From positions 1 through 64,000 of the IMG/VR virus record IMGVR_UViG_3300032038_000010: a DNA stretch of 64,000 nt, one strand, 5' to 3'. Positions 1-9,870 of the stretch are shown piece after piece. The position numbers were made by a program, and so were the translations under genes. Positions within the stretch are counted from its first letter, which is position 1. Every line of letters begins with the position of its first letter. The DNA comes from a virus. Lineage: Duplodnaviria; Caudoviricetes. The notes under the pieces are model-generated. The model ran no database searches. It was not told where the DNA came from and was given only the letters and a program-made list of their open reading frames with translations.

Positions 1-89
1 AATGCAGTTATATATTTTGGGAGAGATTGCGGCGGCTCGCGCTAAGAAGGCGTCACATACCACGGCTGCCGCAGGAATAGGAGATTGAT

Positions 90-1250
90 ATGAAGATTAT
101 AAGTGAAGGTATAAACTATCGTATTTTTGACTCGTCTATTCAGACATTTAACCAAATCCCTGCAGGAGTTTATTCTGTTGGTTTCTCAAAACAGTCTGGC
201 TGGTTCCTCACTCGTACCGCAGAAGATATAGATATTCGTGAAAAGGTTTATGGTGTCCATGACGCTAAAACAAATAAGGTACTGCGCTCTTTTCAGCGAG
301 CTACTCGTAACCTTGGAGTGATTCTTTCTGGTGATAAGGGTATTGGTAAATCTTTATTTGCTAAGCTTTTGTCCCATAAGATGATCGAAGCAGGTATCCC
401 GCTTATCATCATAAATACATATATCCCAGGTATCGCTAGCTTTATTTCATCTATTGATCAAGAAATAGTATGTCTTTTTGACGAGTTTGATAAGACTTTT
501 AAAGCAAAGTGCAATGAAGAAGACTCCGCAACAGATCCTCAGACAGAAATGCTCTCTCTTTTCGATGGTGTTGATGGTGGCAAGAAGCTTTTTATTGTAA
601 CTTGTAATGACCTTCATAGTCTTAGCGATTTCATTGTTAACCGCCCAGGTAGATTCCATTATCATTTTAGATTTAATTATCCTGGCGTAACTGAAATTAC
701 AGCATATCTCAAGGATAAGGGCATTGTAAATGAAGTCCAAATTAAGAAGGTAGTTGATTTTAGTCAGAAGGTAAAGCTGAATTATGATTGTCTTCGTGCT
801 ATTGTGTTTGAACTTCAGGATGGCTCTGATTTCTCTGAAGCTATTGCTGATATGAACATTATGAACACCGAAGATGAGAATTATCAGATTATTACTTACT
901 TCACTAATGGTGAGCATTTTAAAACTTATGATATTCTTGATATGTTTGATGATGAAACATATTATGATATTGAGGATGAAAACATGGACACAATAGGTAC
1001 TGTTACCTTTGATCCTACTATGGCGGCATATGATCCTAGCCGCGGCGGTTACGTCATTAAGGGTGAGGATATAAAGTGGGAGATTAGTAACTATTACAAT
1101 AGAAGTAAGGAACGTATCCAGGAACTTCGAGAAAGTTCTGATAGTAGCAGCAACGAACTTGCTAGGAAGTGCGAGAGATTCAAGACTCTTGAACCTATGT
1201 ATGCTATTATTAAGCACGATTATGGAAAGAATCTTCATTTTACAGTATAA
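90..1250 (+). CDS. AAA+ ATPase
   Basis: Walker A GDKGIGKS, Walker B CLFDEFDK, NRPGRF sensor/Arg-finger motif; RBS GGAG upstream. Confidence 0.9.
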   Translation: MKIISEGINYRIFDSSIQTFNQIPAGVYSVGFSKQSGWFLTRTAEDIDIREKVYGVHDAKTNKVLRSFQRATRNLGVILSGDKGIGKSLFAKLLSHKMIEAGIPLIIINTYIPGIASFISSIDQEIVCLFDEFDKTFKAKCNEEDSATDPQTEMLSLFDGVDGGKKLFIVTCNDLHSLSDFIVNRPGRFHYHFRFNYPGVTEITAYLKDKGIVNEVQIKKVVDFSQKVKLNYDCLRAIVFELQDGSDFSEAIADMNIMNTEDENYQIITYFTNGEHFKTYDILDMFDDETYYDIEDENMDTIGTVTFDPTMAAYDPSRGGYVIKGEDIKWEISNYYNRSKERIQELRESSDSSSNELARKCERFKTLEPMYAIIKHDYGKNLHFTV

Positions 1251-1371
1251 TGCGGCAGCCGCGGTGTGAAGATCTACACACTCCGATGGGTGACGACTCC
1301 TTAGGGAGCCGCCGCCCTTTATTTTTTTGAAAAATTATTATATAATATATTTAGAAAGTGAGGAAAGAATA

Positions 1372-1899
1372 ATGACTAACTGGACAGAAGAAGAACTTAC
1401 AAAGCGTTGTTCCAATGTTTGTGCTATTGTTGGCATCAAACTTACAGTGCCAGTTAAAATCAATTCTAGGCTGAGTTCTACTCTTGGGCGTGTCAAGTAT
1501 GAATGGGTTAATCCATATAAGGAAACTGTCCGCCCTATCATCATTGAATTTAGTAAGTCTTTCCTTGAAAATGGCTCTGAAGAGTCTATAGATTCAGTCA
1601 TAAAGCACGAGTGCGCCCACTACTGTGTGACTATACAGACAGATAAACGACAGGGACACAACAAAATTTTTAAAGATATGTGCCATAGACTTGGTACAAA
1701 CAACGATGGTCGCCACTATAACAGTCTTAGTGGAGAAGAAGATACTCCCAACAGCAAAAAGTACGCAGTATTTTGCGAGAGTTGCGGCTATTTAGGCGGA
1801 TATAGCAGAATGTGCGCTACTCTTAAGGCTATTGATAGAGGCGAATGTTCTTGTAAAAGATGTAGCGGCCGCAAAATTTATTATACACAGAATTGGTAA
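1372..1899 (+). CDS. SprT-like zinc metalloprotein
   Basis: HECAH (HExxH), GHNKIFK motif, C-terminal CxxC pairs; ATG 1372 chosen because the promoter and RBS lie at 1328-1366. Confidence 0.8.
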   Translation: MTNWTEEELTKRCSNVCAIVGIKLTVPVKINSRLSSTLGRVKYEWVNPYKETVRPIIIEFSKSFLENGSEESIDSVIKHECAHYCVTIQTDKRQGHNKIFKDMCHRLGTNNDGRHYNSLSGEEDTPNSKKYAVFCESCGYLGGYSRMCATLKAIDRGECSCKRCSGRKIYYTQNW

Positions 1900-1902
1900 G
1901 AG

Positions 1903-2181
1903 GTGATATACATGAAGAAATACAATGGTATTAATTGGAAGTGGCGGTTAGCAGATAATGGATGGGCTGATTATATTTGCCCCTGTTGCGGTCATGCTAA
2001 CAATAGGGACATTCAGTGCCATCCTTCTTATTGTGAAAAGTGTGGATGGCCATATAAGGATGAGGAAGAGCCGCGCTCTATAGAAGATGTAAATACATCA
2101 AAGACAGAGCCTTATAAAGATGCAGTAAGTAGGAAGGCAATCGAAAAGTTGAAGCGGTATCGAGAAGGTAGAGAAGAATGA
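1903..2181 (+). CDS. small Zn-ribbon protein
   Basis: CPCCG...CEKCG motifs. Confidence 0.6.
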   Translation: MIYMKKYNGINWKWRLADNGWADYICPCCGHANNRDIQCHPSYCEKCGWPYKDEEEPRSIEDVNTSKTEPYKDAVSRKAIEKLKRYREGREE

Positions 2182-2639
2182 CAAGAGAAGAAGCAATAAA
2201 ACAATTAGAATTTATGTTAGAACAAATGCCAGAAGAACCACCAACAGAGTGTGATTACATTGATGAGTGGCTAGATACAAACAGAAAAATAAGAAACACT
2301 TTAGACATGGCAATCAAAGCATTAGAGCAAGAGCTTTGCGAAGATAGCGTGAGTAGGCAGGAAGTTATTGATACTATTTTTGCAGAATGTTCGGGTGAAA
2401 AACTCGATATAGATTTTGCAAAAGTTCTCCTGTTACAGAGAGCGATAAAAGCGTTACCATCTACAACACCTATACGCAAGAAAGGGAAGTGGATAAACAG
2501 GTCATCCACGAGTGGTTGTGGAATCAGATTTGTTGCCTCTGAGTGTTCTTGTTGTAATAAGAAAACGTTTTTTGATTGTGACCAATTAGTTTATAGATAT
2601 TGTCCAAATTGTGGCGCAGAAATGGAGGGTGAAGAATGA
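2178..2639 (+). CDS. MTREEAI-type modular hypothetical protein with C-terminal Zn ribbon
   Basis: GKWI...CSCC...YCPNCGAEM; shares segments with 3987..4286 and 5329..5514. Confidence 0.7.
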   Translation: MTREEAIKQLEFMLEQMPEEPPTECDYIDEWLDTNRKIRNTLDMAIKALEQELCEDSVSRQEVIDTIFAECSGEKLDIDFAKVLLLQRAIKALPSTTPIRKKGKWINRSSTSGCGIRFVASECSCCNKKTFFDCDQLVYRYCPNCGAEMEGEE

Positions 2640-2929
2640 AAGATGGTATCTATTGGTGCATATTCAGAAGATTAAAGAAGAAACATCCGAAATGGAGCAA
2701 AAAACAAGTTGGAACATTTGCGTATAAAACAAGGTATAAAAGATGATAGCAATTAAAGGAATGAAAATACCAGAGAGTTGTAGTGAATGTCCCTTCAAAA
2801 TGAATGATTATGTTTGTGGATTATTAGATTGTGCTTTCAGTTGCAATCATTTTAAAGAGTGAAAATATAATTGCCCTCTAGTTGAAATCGTAACTTGTAA
2901 GGATTGTAAGTATAACACTAATATGATAT

Positions 2930-3796
2930 GTGATATTTTTGGAAAAGAATAGAAAGGCCAAAACTATGATTGCAAATTGCAAACTTATTAGAAATCAGAT
3001 CGAAAAAGGAATTTATGAAGAAATTAAAGGCGTTAAATCAAAACCATCATTAGGAGTATTTTTGATTGGCGATAATCCAGCATCAATCGCATATGTTAGA
3101 AATAAAGAAAAAGAATGTGCTCGAGTAGGGATCGAATTTACTCTTTATCATTTTAATGATATTGATGAAGATGATTTAATTTATGAAATCAAAAAAGCAA
3201 ATAATCTACATGATGGAGTCATGGTTCAGCTGCCTTTACCTCCTAAGTTTAATAAAGATAGAGTGATCAATGCTATTGAACCGGATGTAGATGTTGATGG
3301 CTTAACTGACATCAATATTAAATCAGGCTATAGATATTTTGTGCCATGTACTGCTAAAGGTGTATTGTTGCTTCTAGACGCGTATAATATTAAATGCAAA
3401 AATAGCCCAGTAGTAACTATAATAGGCAGATCCAATTTAATAGGTAGACCTTTGTTGCATGAGCTGGAAAAGAGGAATTTTACTACAATATGGTGCAACA
3501 GTCATACTCCAACTGAAAAGCTTAAAACATTGACCAAAGTTTCAAATATGATTGTCTCGGCTGTAGGTGAACCTGAATTTTTAGATGCTACATATTTTAA
3601 TGATAAACAAGTAATTATTGATTGCGGATATAGTGTAATAGATGGTAAAGCTAAAGGTGATGTTTGCTGGAAACAATTTGCAGACAACGAATCGATGCTG
3701 GTAACTTCTACTCCAGGTGGAACTGGAATTTTAACAGTTACAGCACTATTAGAAAACGTTATGATTTCATGGAATAGAATAAATAGTCATGAATGA
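2930..3796 (+). CDS. folD: bifunctional methylenetetrahydrofolate dehydrogenase/cyclohydrolase
   Basis: PASIAYVRNKEK, GVMVQLPLP, DVDG, PCTAKG, GRSNLIGRP, PGGTGILTVTALLEN motifs; true start may be ATG 2966. Confidence 0.92.
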   Translation: MIFLEKNRKAKTMIANCKLIRNQIEKGIYEEIKGVKSKPSLGVFLIGDNPASIAYVRNKEKECARVGIEFTLYHFNDIDEDDLIYEIKKANNLHDGVMVQLPLPPKFNKDRVINAIEPDVDVDGLTDINIKSGYRYFVPCTAKGVLLLLDAYNIKCKNSPVVTIIGRSNLIGRPLLHELEKRNFTTIWCNSHTPTEKLKTLTKVSNMIVSAVGEPEFLDATYFNDKQVIIDCGYSVIDGKAKGDVCWKQFADNESMLVTSTPGGTGILTVTALLENVMISWNRINSHE

Positions 3797-3983
3797 TTTC
3801 TATTGGGGAAAGATCTACAAAAGGTTCTTCATATCATGGATTATTAATGATGATTTTTGTGGTATAGCAATAAGAATAGGTAAAGAATACTTAGAAACCA
3901 TGTGTTGCGATGTATATCATTTAACAATTCAAATTGGGTTCGGACAATTATCAATAGGCATTATTGGGAGAAAGAAGGAATAA
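3789..3983 (+). CDS. hypothetical protein
   Basis: ORF coupled to folD stop. Confidence 0.45.
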   Translation: MNDFYWGKIYKRFFISWIINDDFCGIAIRIGKEYLETMCCDVYHLTIQIGFGQLSIGIIGRKKE

Positions 3984-3986
3984 AGA

Positions 3987-4286
3987 ATGACTAGAGAAGA
4001 AGCAATAGCAATTATTGAGAATGAAAAGGAATGTGTCAATAGGGATTGCAATAGAGATTGTTATAATTGCGAACTGGTAAAAACTGACACAGAAATACTT
4101 ACAGCACTTGATATGGCAATCAAAGCATTAGAGCAAAGTCCTATACTTGACAAGGTAATAGCCGAGATAATGGATACAGGAGCATACGAACAAGAAGTTA
4201 AGGGGAATACAGAATTTCTTAAAGGCATAAACTATTGTCTTGGTGTTATCGACAAGTACATGGTAGAAAGTGAGGATAAGGAATGA
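3987..4286 (+). CDS. MTREEAI-type modular hypothetical protein
   Basis: shared LDMAIKALEQ and PILDK segments. Confidence 0.65.
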   Translation: MTREEAIAIIENEKECVNRDCNRDCYNCELVKTDTEILTALDMAIKALEQSPILDKVIAEIMDTGAYEQEVKGNTEFLKGINYCLGVIDKYMVESEDKE

Positions 4287-4645
4287 GTAAGACTTTTCCC
4301 AAAAATTGCACAAAAGAATGTCTATATTTTAAGTAGTAGGTAAGCACAGATGAATATGAAAAGGGGAAATAATGAAAGACGTAGCGTTTAATTTGATGAT
4401 TATAGCCATGATGTTGGTTTTCGACCTAATATTAGGGTACAGAGGATATAATTATCACAGGGACTATGATGAGATGATAAAGCAGTTCCGAAAGCTTAAT
4501 GAAAACATTGAATCTTTAAAATTGATATATGAAGGTAAGCACAGATGAATAAAGATATTAACTTTACGCTTAGTGCATTAATACCGGCCCTGAGAATCAA
4601 CGGAGAAAAGGTAAAAAGCATCGAGGCGGAAAGTGAGAATAAGGA

Positions 4646-4906
4646 ATGAATAAATGGATAGCTGAATTTGAGTTAGAAGATGGTGATACAATGCCCGAAC
4701 ATATGAATTTGGAATATAAAGGGGCAAAAATTGATTTTCATTGTAGACCTAAAGAGCCTATTTTGGACAAGATAAGAGCCGAGATAAAAGAATGGTATTG
4801 GCAAGCCGATAAACAGACATTAGCCAAAGACCCTTGTGTGGTTGATGCTATGATTGATTTATTTATCAGAACTATCGACAAGTATAAGACAGGAAACGAG
4901 AAATGA
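4646..4906 (+). CDS. hypothetical protein
   Basis: EPILDKIRAEI...IDKY module shared with 3987..4286. Confidence 0.6.
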   Translation: MNKWIAEFELEDGDTMPEHMNLEYKGAKIDFHCRPKEPILDKIRAEIKEWYWQADKQTLAKDPCVVDAMIDLFIRTIDKYKTGNEK

Positions 4907-5020
4907 TATATACAGGGAAGAAAGTATATGACCCATTAACAGATACATATAGTACTGGGTGTTGGATTAAAGACAATCAAGGTAATTGGTATCCCGTATG
5001 GAGGGAGTGAGGAATAAGGG

Positions 5021-5311
5021 ATGACAGAGGTAATAGAAGTAAAAGATTGTGGAGAAAAAATTGGAGATTATGACATTCCAATTCATAACGCAATCATTGT
5101 TCCTGACAATGCAACTAATGGAGATATGATAGAGGCTATGTTTCCAAATGAATTACTAACAAGTATTACAAGTACATTATGGGGGGGAGATAATATGAGT
5201 TTTAACAAGGATTGGTGGGATGCACCATATAACCCAACACAAAATATGCAAAATGCAGACAAGAGCGGATTAGAGTATGCAGACCAAGATACGATGATAC
5301 CAGCAACATAA
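5021..5311 (+). CDS. hypothetical protein
   Basis: ATNGDMIEAMFP...WWDAPY motif of Firmicutes phage small ORFs; RBS. Confidence 0.6.
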   Translation: MTEVIEVKDCGEKIGDYDIPIHNAIIVPDNATNGDMIEAMFPNELLTSITSTLWGGDNMSFNKDWWDAPYNPTQNMQNADKSGLEYADQDTMIPAT

Positions 5312-5328
5312 GAAATGGAGAGTGAAGA

Positions 5329-5514
5329 ATGACTAGAGAAGAAGCAATCAACAAAGTTCAGGGTTATCTTACTGATTATTTACCAATCGAAGATTACGAA
5401 GAATTGGATGAAATTATCAAAGCACTAGAACAAAAGCCGTGCGAGGATGCAATCAGCCGACAAGCAATGCTGGACTATCAGCAATGTGATACGAATTTCG
5501 TACATGATTTTTGA
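5329..5514 (+). CDS. MTREEAI-type hypothetical protein
   Basis: IKALEQKPCEDAISRQA module. Confidence 0.55.
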   Translation: MTREEAINKVQGYLTDYLPIEDYEELDEIIKALEQKPCEDAISRQAMLDYQQCDTNFVHDF

Positions 5515-5562
5515 TTTTTAAGAAATTTTTTATTATAATGTATTTAGAAGATAAGAAAGGAG

Positions 5563-6186
5563 ATGTTACACATGAGCTGGTATACTTCGATCACACTTGG
5601 TTATGTATCAAAAACAGATGGAAAGATTTATCCATTCGGTCCGTTTGACAAGGACGGCAATCTGAAAAACATTATTGAAACTTCTCGTTCTTTTACTACT
5701 GATCTGAAGGATTTTTTTGAAGTCCCTAATGCAGAAGTAGTAAGTCAGAAGCTTGTTGATGCTCTTGATATTAAAGTAAAAGATGGTGAGAATCTTTCAC
5801 AGGCACTTCGTGAATATTATATAGGAGTTTGCCCTCTTGACAAGCTGCCCTCTGGAGATTATATGCGGCGTGGTTACTTCCTGATTGAGGATGTACACGC
5901 ATATGAATCTGGAGAAATGGACGCAGAAGGTCTGTTCTATGATTGCGTTAGTGCAGAGGAATATGCAGCTCGCGCACACAATGAACTTGTCTTTGGGTTT
6001 AAAGAGGAGAAAGACGAGTTTGGTAATGTGGTTAACCATTCCATGGCTGATTATATGTATTACTCTTATCCAAATTATCAATCCAAGGAGTATGAAGCTA
6101 GTAGACTCCGCGATTATGCGGCAACCTTGAGAAACTATCTTGAGGAGGATATTAAAGAAATCGTAGCAATTAAAACGGAAGGATAA
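5563..6186 (+). CDS. hypothetical protein
   Basis: 207-aa ORF with promoter and AAGGAG RBS. Confidence 0.7.
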   Translation: MLHMSWYTSITLGYVSKTDGKIYPFGPFDKDGNLKNIIETSRSFTTDLKDFFEVPNAEVVSQKLVDALDIKVKDGENLSQALREYYIGVCPLDKLPSGDYMRRGYFLIEDVHAYESGEMDAEGLFYDCVSAEEYAARAHNELVFGFKEEKDEFGNVVNHSMADYMYYSYPNYQSKEYEASRLRDYAATLRNYLEEDIKEIVAIKTEG

Positions 6187-6190
6187 AGAG

Positions 6191-6433
6191 TTGAAGATAT
6201 TAGATTGGATAGTTTGGATAGTGATCGCGCTTACATTTGGCATCACATCTGTTATTGGAGGTGGTTACATTGTAGCATTGATTTTTTCTCTTCCTATGCA
6301 TATCGGAGTCTGCATATGGCTCGGTATTGCAGTAACTTTTATGGTTTTTTGGATAGCACGTGAATGTAAACAGGCACCATTGATGGAAGACCCAGACTAT
6401 TATGGAGAAAACACAAAAGAAGAAGAAACATAA
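6191..6433 (+). CDS. small membrane protein
   Basis: two hydrophobic segments. Confidence 0.55.
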   Translation: MKILDWIVWIVIALTFGITSVIGGGYIVALIFSLPMHIGVCIWLGIAVTFMVFWIARECKQAPLMEDPDYYGENTKEEET

Positions 6434-6657
6434 CAAACGCGGCGGCCGCACCGAAGACACTATGCGGCAGGTTTCATACGAGAAGCGACTGGAACGAGAC
6501 GACGATAAGGCTGCCCGCCGCAAGATAAAGAACTACATGGATGGTGAGTTCGAAGATTATGATTATTAAAAAGCAGCCCTCGAGAGAGGGTTGCTTTATT
6601 TTTATGAAAAATTATTATATAATATATATAGAAAATTAAAGAGAAGAGGTATTCAGA

Positions 6658-6888
6658 ATGGAGGGCAGTACTATGCGTGATCCAAATAGACTTGATGATT
6701 TGTATGTGATGCTTTTGAATTTTCACAAGATTTATGTTCCCGATTGGCGTTTTGGGCAGTTTATGTCTAATCTTTTAGGAAAAATTTATCAGGAAACTGG
6801 CAGAGATATTTTCTTTATGGAAGATGGTGAAATGAAGGATGCAATTGAAAGAGTGTGCCAGAAATGGAAAGGTAGTGACGCTTCATGA
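6658..6888 (+). CDS. conserved phage hypothetical protein (MRDPNR...PDWRFGQ)
   Basis: promoter upstream; recognisable motif; probable start ATG 6673. Confidence 0.65.
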   Translation: MEGSTMRDPNRLDDLYVMLLNFHKIYVPDWRFGQFMSNLLGKIYQETGRDIFFMEDGEMKDAIERVCQKWKGSDAS

Positions 6889-7038
6889 TGGTTGTTAAGA
6901 TACTAATAGCTATATGTTGGGTGGGTGGCGGTGTGCTGCGTGCAATTAACCAGTTCAAATTTAAAGATACCCCAACCAATGAAGAGTATTGGATACTGTA
7001 TATGGCAACAATTTGTTTTATGATGGGGGCATACTTTT

Positions 7039-7222
7039 TATGACAGAATTAGAACAAGTGTTGATGAAGCGAGACAATATGAGTTTGGCGGAGGTACGTC
7101 AGTTAATTTCTGACGCCCGCGAAGATTTTGATGAGCATCCAGAGAATTATATTGATGTAGATCAGTTCATGGAAGAATGGTTTGGGTTAGAACCCGATTA
7201 CGTGTTTGATGTACTTTTATAA
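7039..7222 (+). CDS. small acidic hypothetical protein
   Basis: LMKRD...FGLEPDY motif. Confidence 0.55.
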
Positions 7223-7269
7223 AAAATTATTATATAATATATATAGAAAATGAAAAATAAAGGAAAGAG

Positions 7270-8331
7270 GTGTTGTTTATGATAGGATATAAAATTTTTG
7301 AACCAGATTGGACTTGTCTCGGTTATCAGTATTCTTGTCCAGGTGAATTTTTAATGGATGAACATCCAGTTATTTGTAAAACTGGTTTCCATTTTTCTCC
7401 ATCTATTGTTGAGGCTCTTGAATATAAGCCATTCCGTCCTGGCGCGCATATTGCAAAAGTAGAGGCATTAGGTGAATTAGTAAGTGATAAAACTGAGCAT
7501 AAGTATGCTACTAATCATCTTAAAGTAATTGAAGAAATTTCTTTTTTTGATTACTGGCAAGAACAATTAGATAGTAGACATATTAAAACTTTAGATTTTA
7601 CAACACTTAAAGAAGATGAAACTTTTACAATTGGCAATATTGAATTTACTATCACTAAAGTAACAGAAGGCTATGTTGATATTCAGCCTACGCACATTAT
7701 GTTTTATAGTGATATGATGGCAGATGATGGTCAACGTTATCCATATGAAATGACTAGAAGAGAAGATGAAACATTATATGATCGCTCTGATATAGCTAAA
7801 TGGTTAAGAAAAAATAGAACAGAATTACTTCCGATGGTAAAAGTAGAAGATATTTTTATTCCTTCTCTTGAATATTTTAACATTAAATTATATAATTATT
7901 ATGAAAAATTAAAAAGATATACTCCAACTGGTAAAATCGAATTTGGATATGAAGGTCGCTGCGCCTGGTGGCTTTCTACAGTCGTCAGTTCTGTGGATTT
8001 TGCTCTTGTCGGCACTATTGGCCTTGCCGACTACTACAGCGCTTCCTATGCTATTGGGGTCGTACCAATTTTCAGAATTAAGAGAACTAAAAATAAAGTC
8101 AAGAAGCCTCCGCTTGGATTAATGCCAAAAGATATTTGGGAGTATGAATCTAAACAAGATAGATTTACAGAGGTTCGTGGAGCTATTTACAGATATTTAA
8201 ATGATGGAAAATCTCTTAATTTGGATTGGATAAATGAATATAATGAATTATCTAAATACTTAGAGATGTATAACAAAGAAATTGTAGGCACGTGCGCTAT
8301 TCCTATTACTGAAGAAGATTTAAATCAGTAA
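7270..8331 (+). CDS. multidomain protein: GYK...WTC...GFHF N-terminal domain plus C-type-lectin-like (DGR-target-like) domain
   Basis: N-terminus resembles 10810..11712; AWWLST...ASYAIGVVPIF resembles DGR VR-encoded C-termini. Confidence 0.65.
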   Translation: MLFMIGYKIFEPDWTCLGYQYSCPGEFLMDEHPVICKTGFHFSPSIVEALEYKPFRPGAHIAKVEALGELVSDKTEHKYATNHLKVIEEISFFDYWQEQLDSRHIKTLDFTTLKEDETFTIGNIEFTITKVTEGYVDIQPTHIMFYSDMMADDGQRYPYEMTRREDETLYDRSDIAKWLRKNRTELLPMVKVEDIFIPSLEYFNIKLYNYYEKLKRYTPTGKIEFGYEGRCAWWLSTVVSSVDFALVGTIGLADYYSASYAIGVVPIFRIKRTKNKVKKPPLGLMPKDIWEYESKQDRFTEVRGAIYRYLNDGKSLNLDWINEYNELSKYLEMYNKEIVGTCAIPITEEDLNQ

Positions 8332-8409
8332 ATTATTAAGCAAGTACAATAAAATGTACTTGCTTTTTTATTATTTTTTTGTTATAATATATATAGAAAG
8401 TAGAGAGAG

Positions 8410-9498
8410 GTGATAAATATGTCTTATTTAATTGATTTTATCAAACAGTATCCTAACGATTGGGAAGATAGATTAAATAAAAAGTTAATCACTGTAAAGC
8501 GCCAGGGCGATCTCGCTATCTTTAACTATTCTATTCTCGCGGATTTTACTGATAACTATGTGCGGGAGGCGCGTGGTATCATCATCGACCTGGATACTAT
8601 GCGGGTAGTAGCGTGGCCGTTTACTAAATTCTGCAACTATGGCGAAAAAGGCGCAGATAAAATTGACTGGGCTAGTGCTAAAGTGCAGCAAAAGGTAGAT
8701 GGATCCATCATGAAGGTTTGGTTTTATGATGGTGAATGGCGCGTATCCACTAATGGTGTGATAGATGCGGCGACCGCGATGTGTGGTGGTTCCGGACGCA
8801 GCTTTAAGGATGTATTCGATGAGGCCGCCGCAAATGTAGGACTTGATTATTCTCGTCTGAACAAAGACAATACTTATATCTTTGAGCTGGTATCAAAATA
8901 TAACCGTGTAGTTATTGATTATGACTGCGAGCCTACCTTATGGCATACTGGGACTAGAAATAATATTACTGGATTGGAGTCTGTAGAGAACATAGGAGTT
9001 AAGCACCCCGCAGAATATCCGCTTCACTCTATTGATGCTTGCATTGAGGCAGCCGCACATTTGAATGATGGCAAGACTGCTATTGAAAATGAGGGGTTCG
9101 TGGTAGTTGACGCTAACTGGCACCGCGTAAAGGTCAAAAGTCCAGCGTATGTTGCTATTCATCATCTAATCCCAAATGGTGAAATCTCAGATCAAAAGAT
9201 CATAGAACTAATCCATGGCGGTGATTTGGATGAAATTCTAACTTATATTCCTTCTTTGAAAGAGCGAGTGACCGCACTTAGTGAGAAGATTGATAAAGTA
9301 GCACAAGAGGTTGATGAATACTGCTATTGGAATCAGATTGAAGTACATGATAACAAACTCTCTCGTGGAGAATGGGCGCGCGCACATAATAAGGATAAGT
9401 ATTTTGCTTTTGGAGTAAAGTGCATCTTCGATGGAGTCGAGCCTGATATAAAAAATTTAAGTAGCAAAAAATTGTATGAAGTAATCAGTAAGGAGTAA
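8410..9498 (+). CDS. RNA ligase, T4 Rnl1-like
   Basis: EARGII, PFTKFCN, motif I KVDGS, FEL, EGFVV, RVKVK. Confidence 0.85.
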   Translation: MINMSYLIDFIKQYPNDWEDRLNKKLITVKRQGDLAIFNYSILADFTDNYVREARGIIIDLDTMRVVAWPFTKFCNYGEKGADKIDWASAKVQQKVDGSIMKVWFYDGEWRVSTNGVIDAATAMCGGSGRSFKDVFDEAAANVGLDYSRLNKDNTYIFELVSKYNRVVIDYDCEPTLWHTGTRNNITGLESVENIGVKHPAEYPLHSIDACIEAAAHLNDGKTAIENEGFVVVDANWHRVKVKSPAYVAIHHLIPNGEISDQKIIELIHGGDLDEILTYIPSLKERVTALSEKIDKVAQEVDEYCYWNQIEVHDNKLSRGEWARAHNKDKYFAFGVKCIFDGVEPDIKNLSSKKLYEVISKE

Positions 9499-9681
9499 TA
9501 TAATGTCAGTAAATGATGAGGCTTGAGACACTTCTTATGTAGATTTGCGTGAGAATCGAAGCCCTATTGAAAATCTTGTATATATGGGTGAATAATAACA
9601 AGTGTCTTGAGATATTCTCAAGGCACTTTATTTTTTTATAATTTTTTGATATAATATATATAGAAAGTGAGGGAAATAAAA

Positions 9682-9870
9682 ATGGCAAAAGATAGATTAG
9701 CTCCTTGCGAGTTCTATGAATGTAAAGGTAAATGTTCTAAGCATCGAGAAGCATCTTATGGAGGATACTGCTAGCATTGTAGTAAATATATGCCACGAAA
9801 GGGTAGTAAGAATCTTGTTCGTGCTATGAAACAAAAGTATAGAGAGAAGAAATACAAGGAGGTGTATTAA
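9682..9870 (+). CDS. small Cys-rich protein (one in-frame TAG)
   Basis: promoter and RBS, MAKDRLAPCEFYECKGKC...GYC*HCSKYMPR, TAG at 9772, ends TAA; missing from the ORF track. Confidence 0.65.

Noticed and set aside
447-1238. Long antisense or alternate-frame ORFs (also 9697..10254, 10300..10923, 62304..63143 and similar)
   Set aside because: Shadows of motif-bearing genes; no RBS or recognisable motifs
7951-8075. Second target of the 33288 TR
   Set aside because: Many mismatches at non-adenine TR positions
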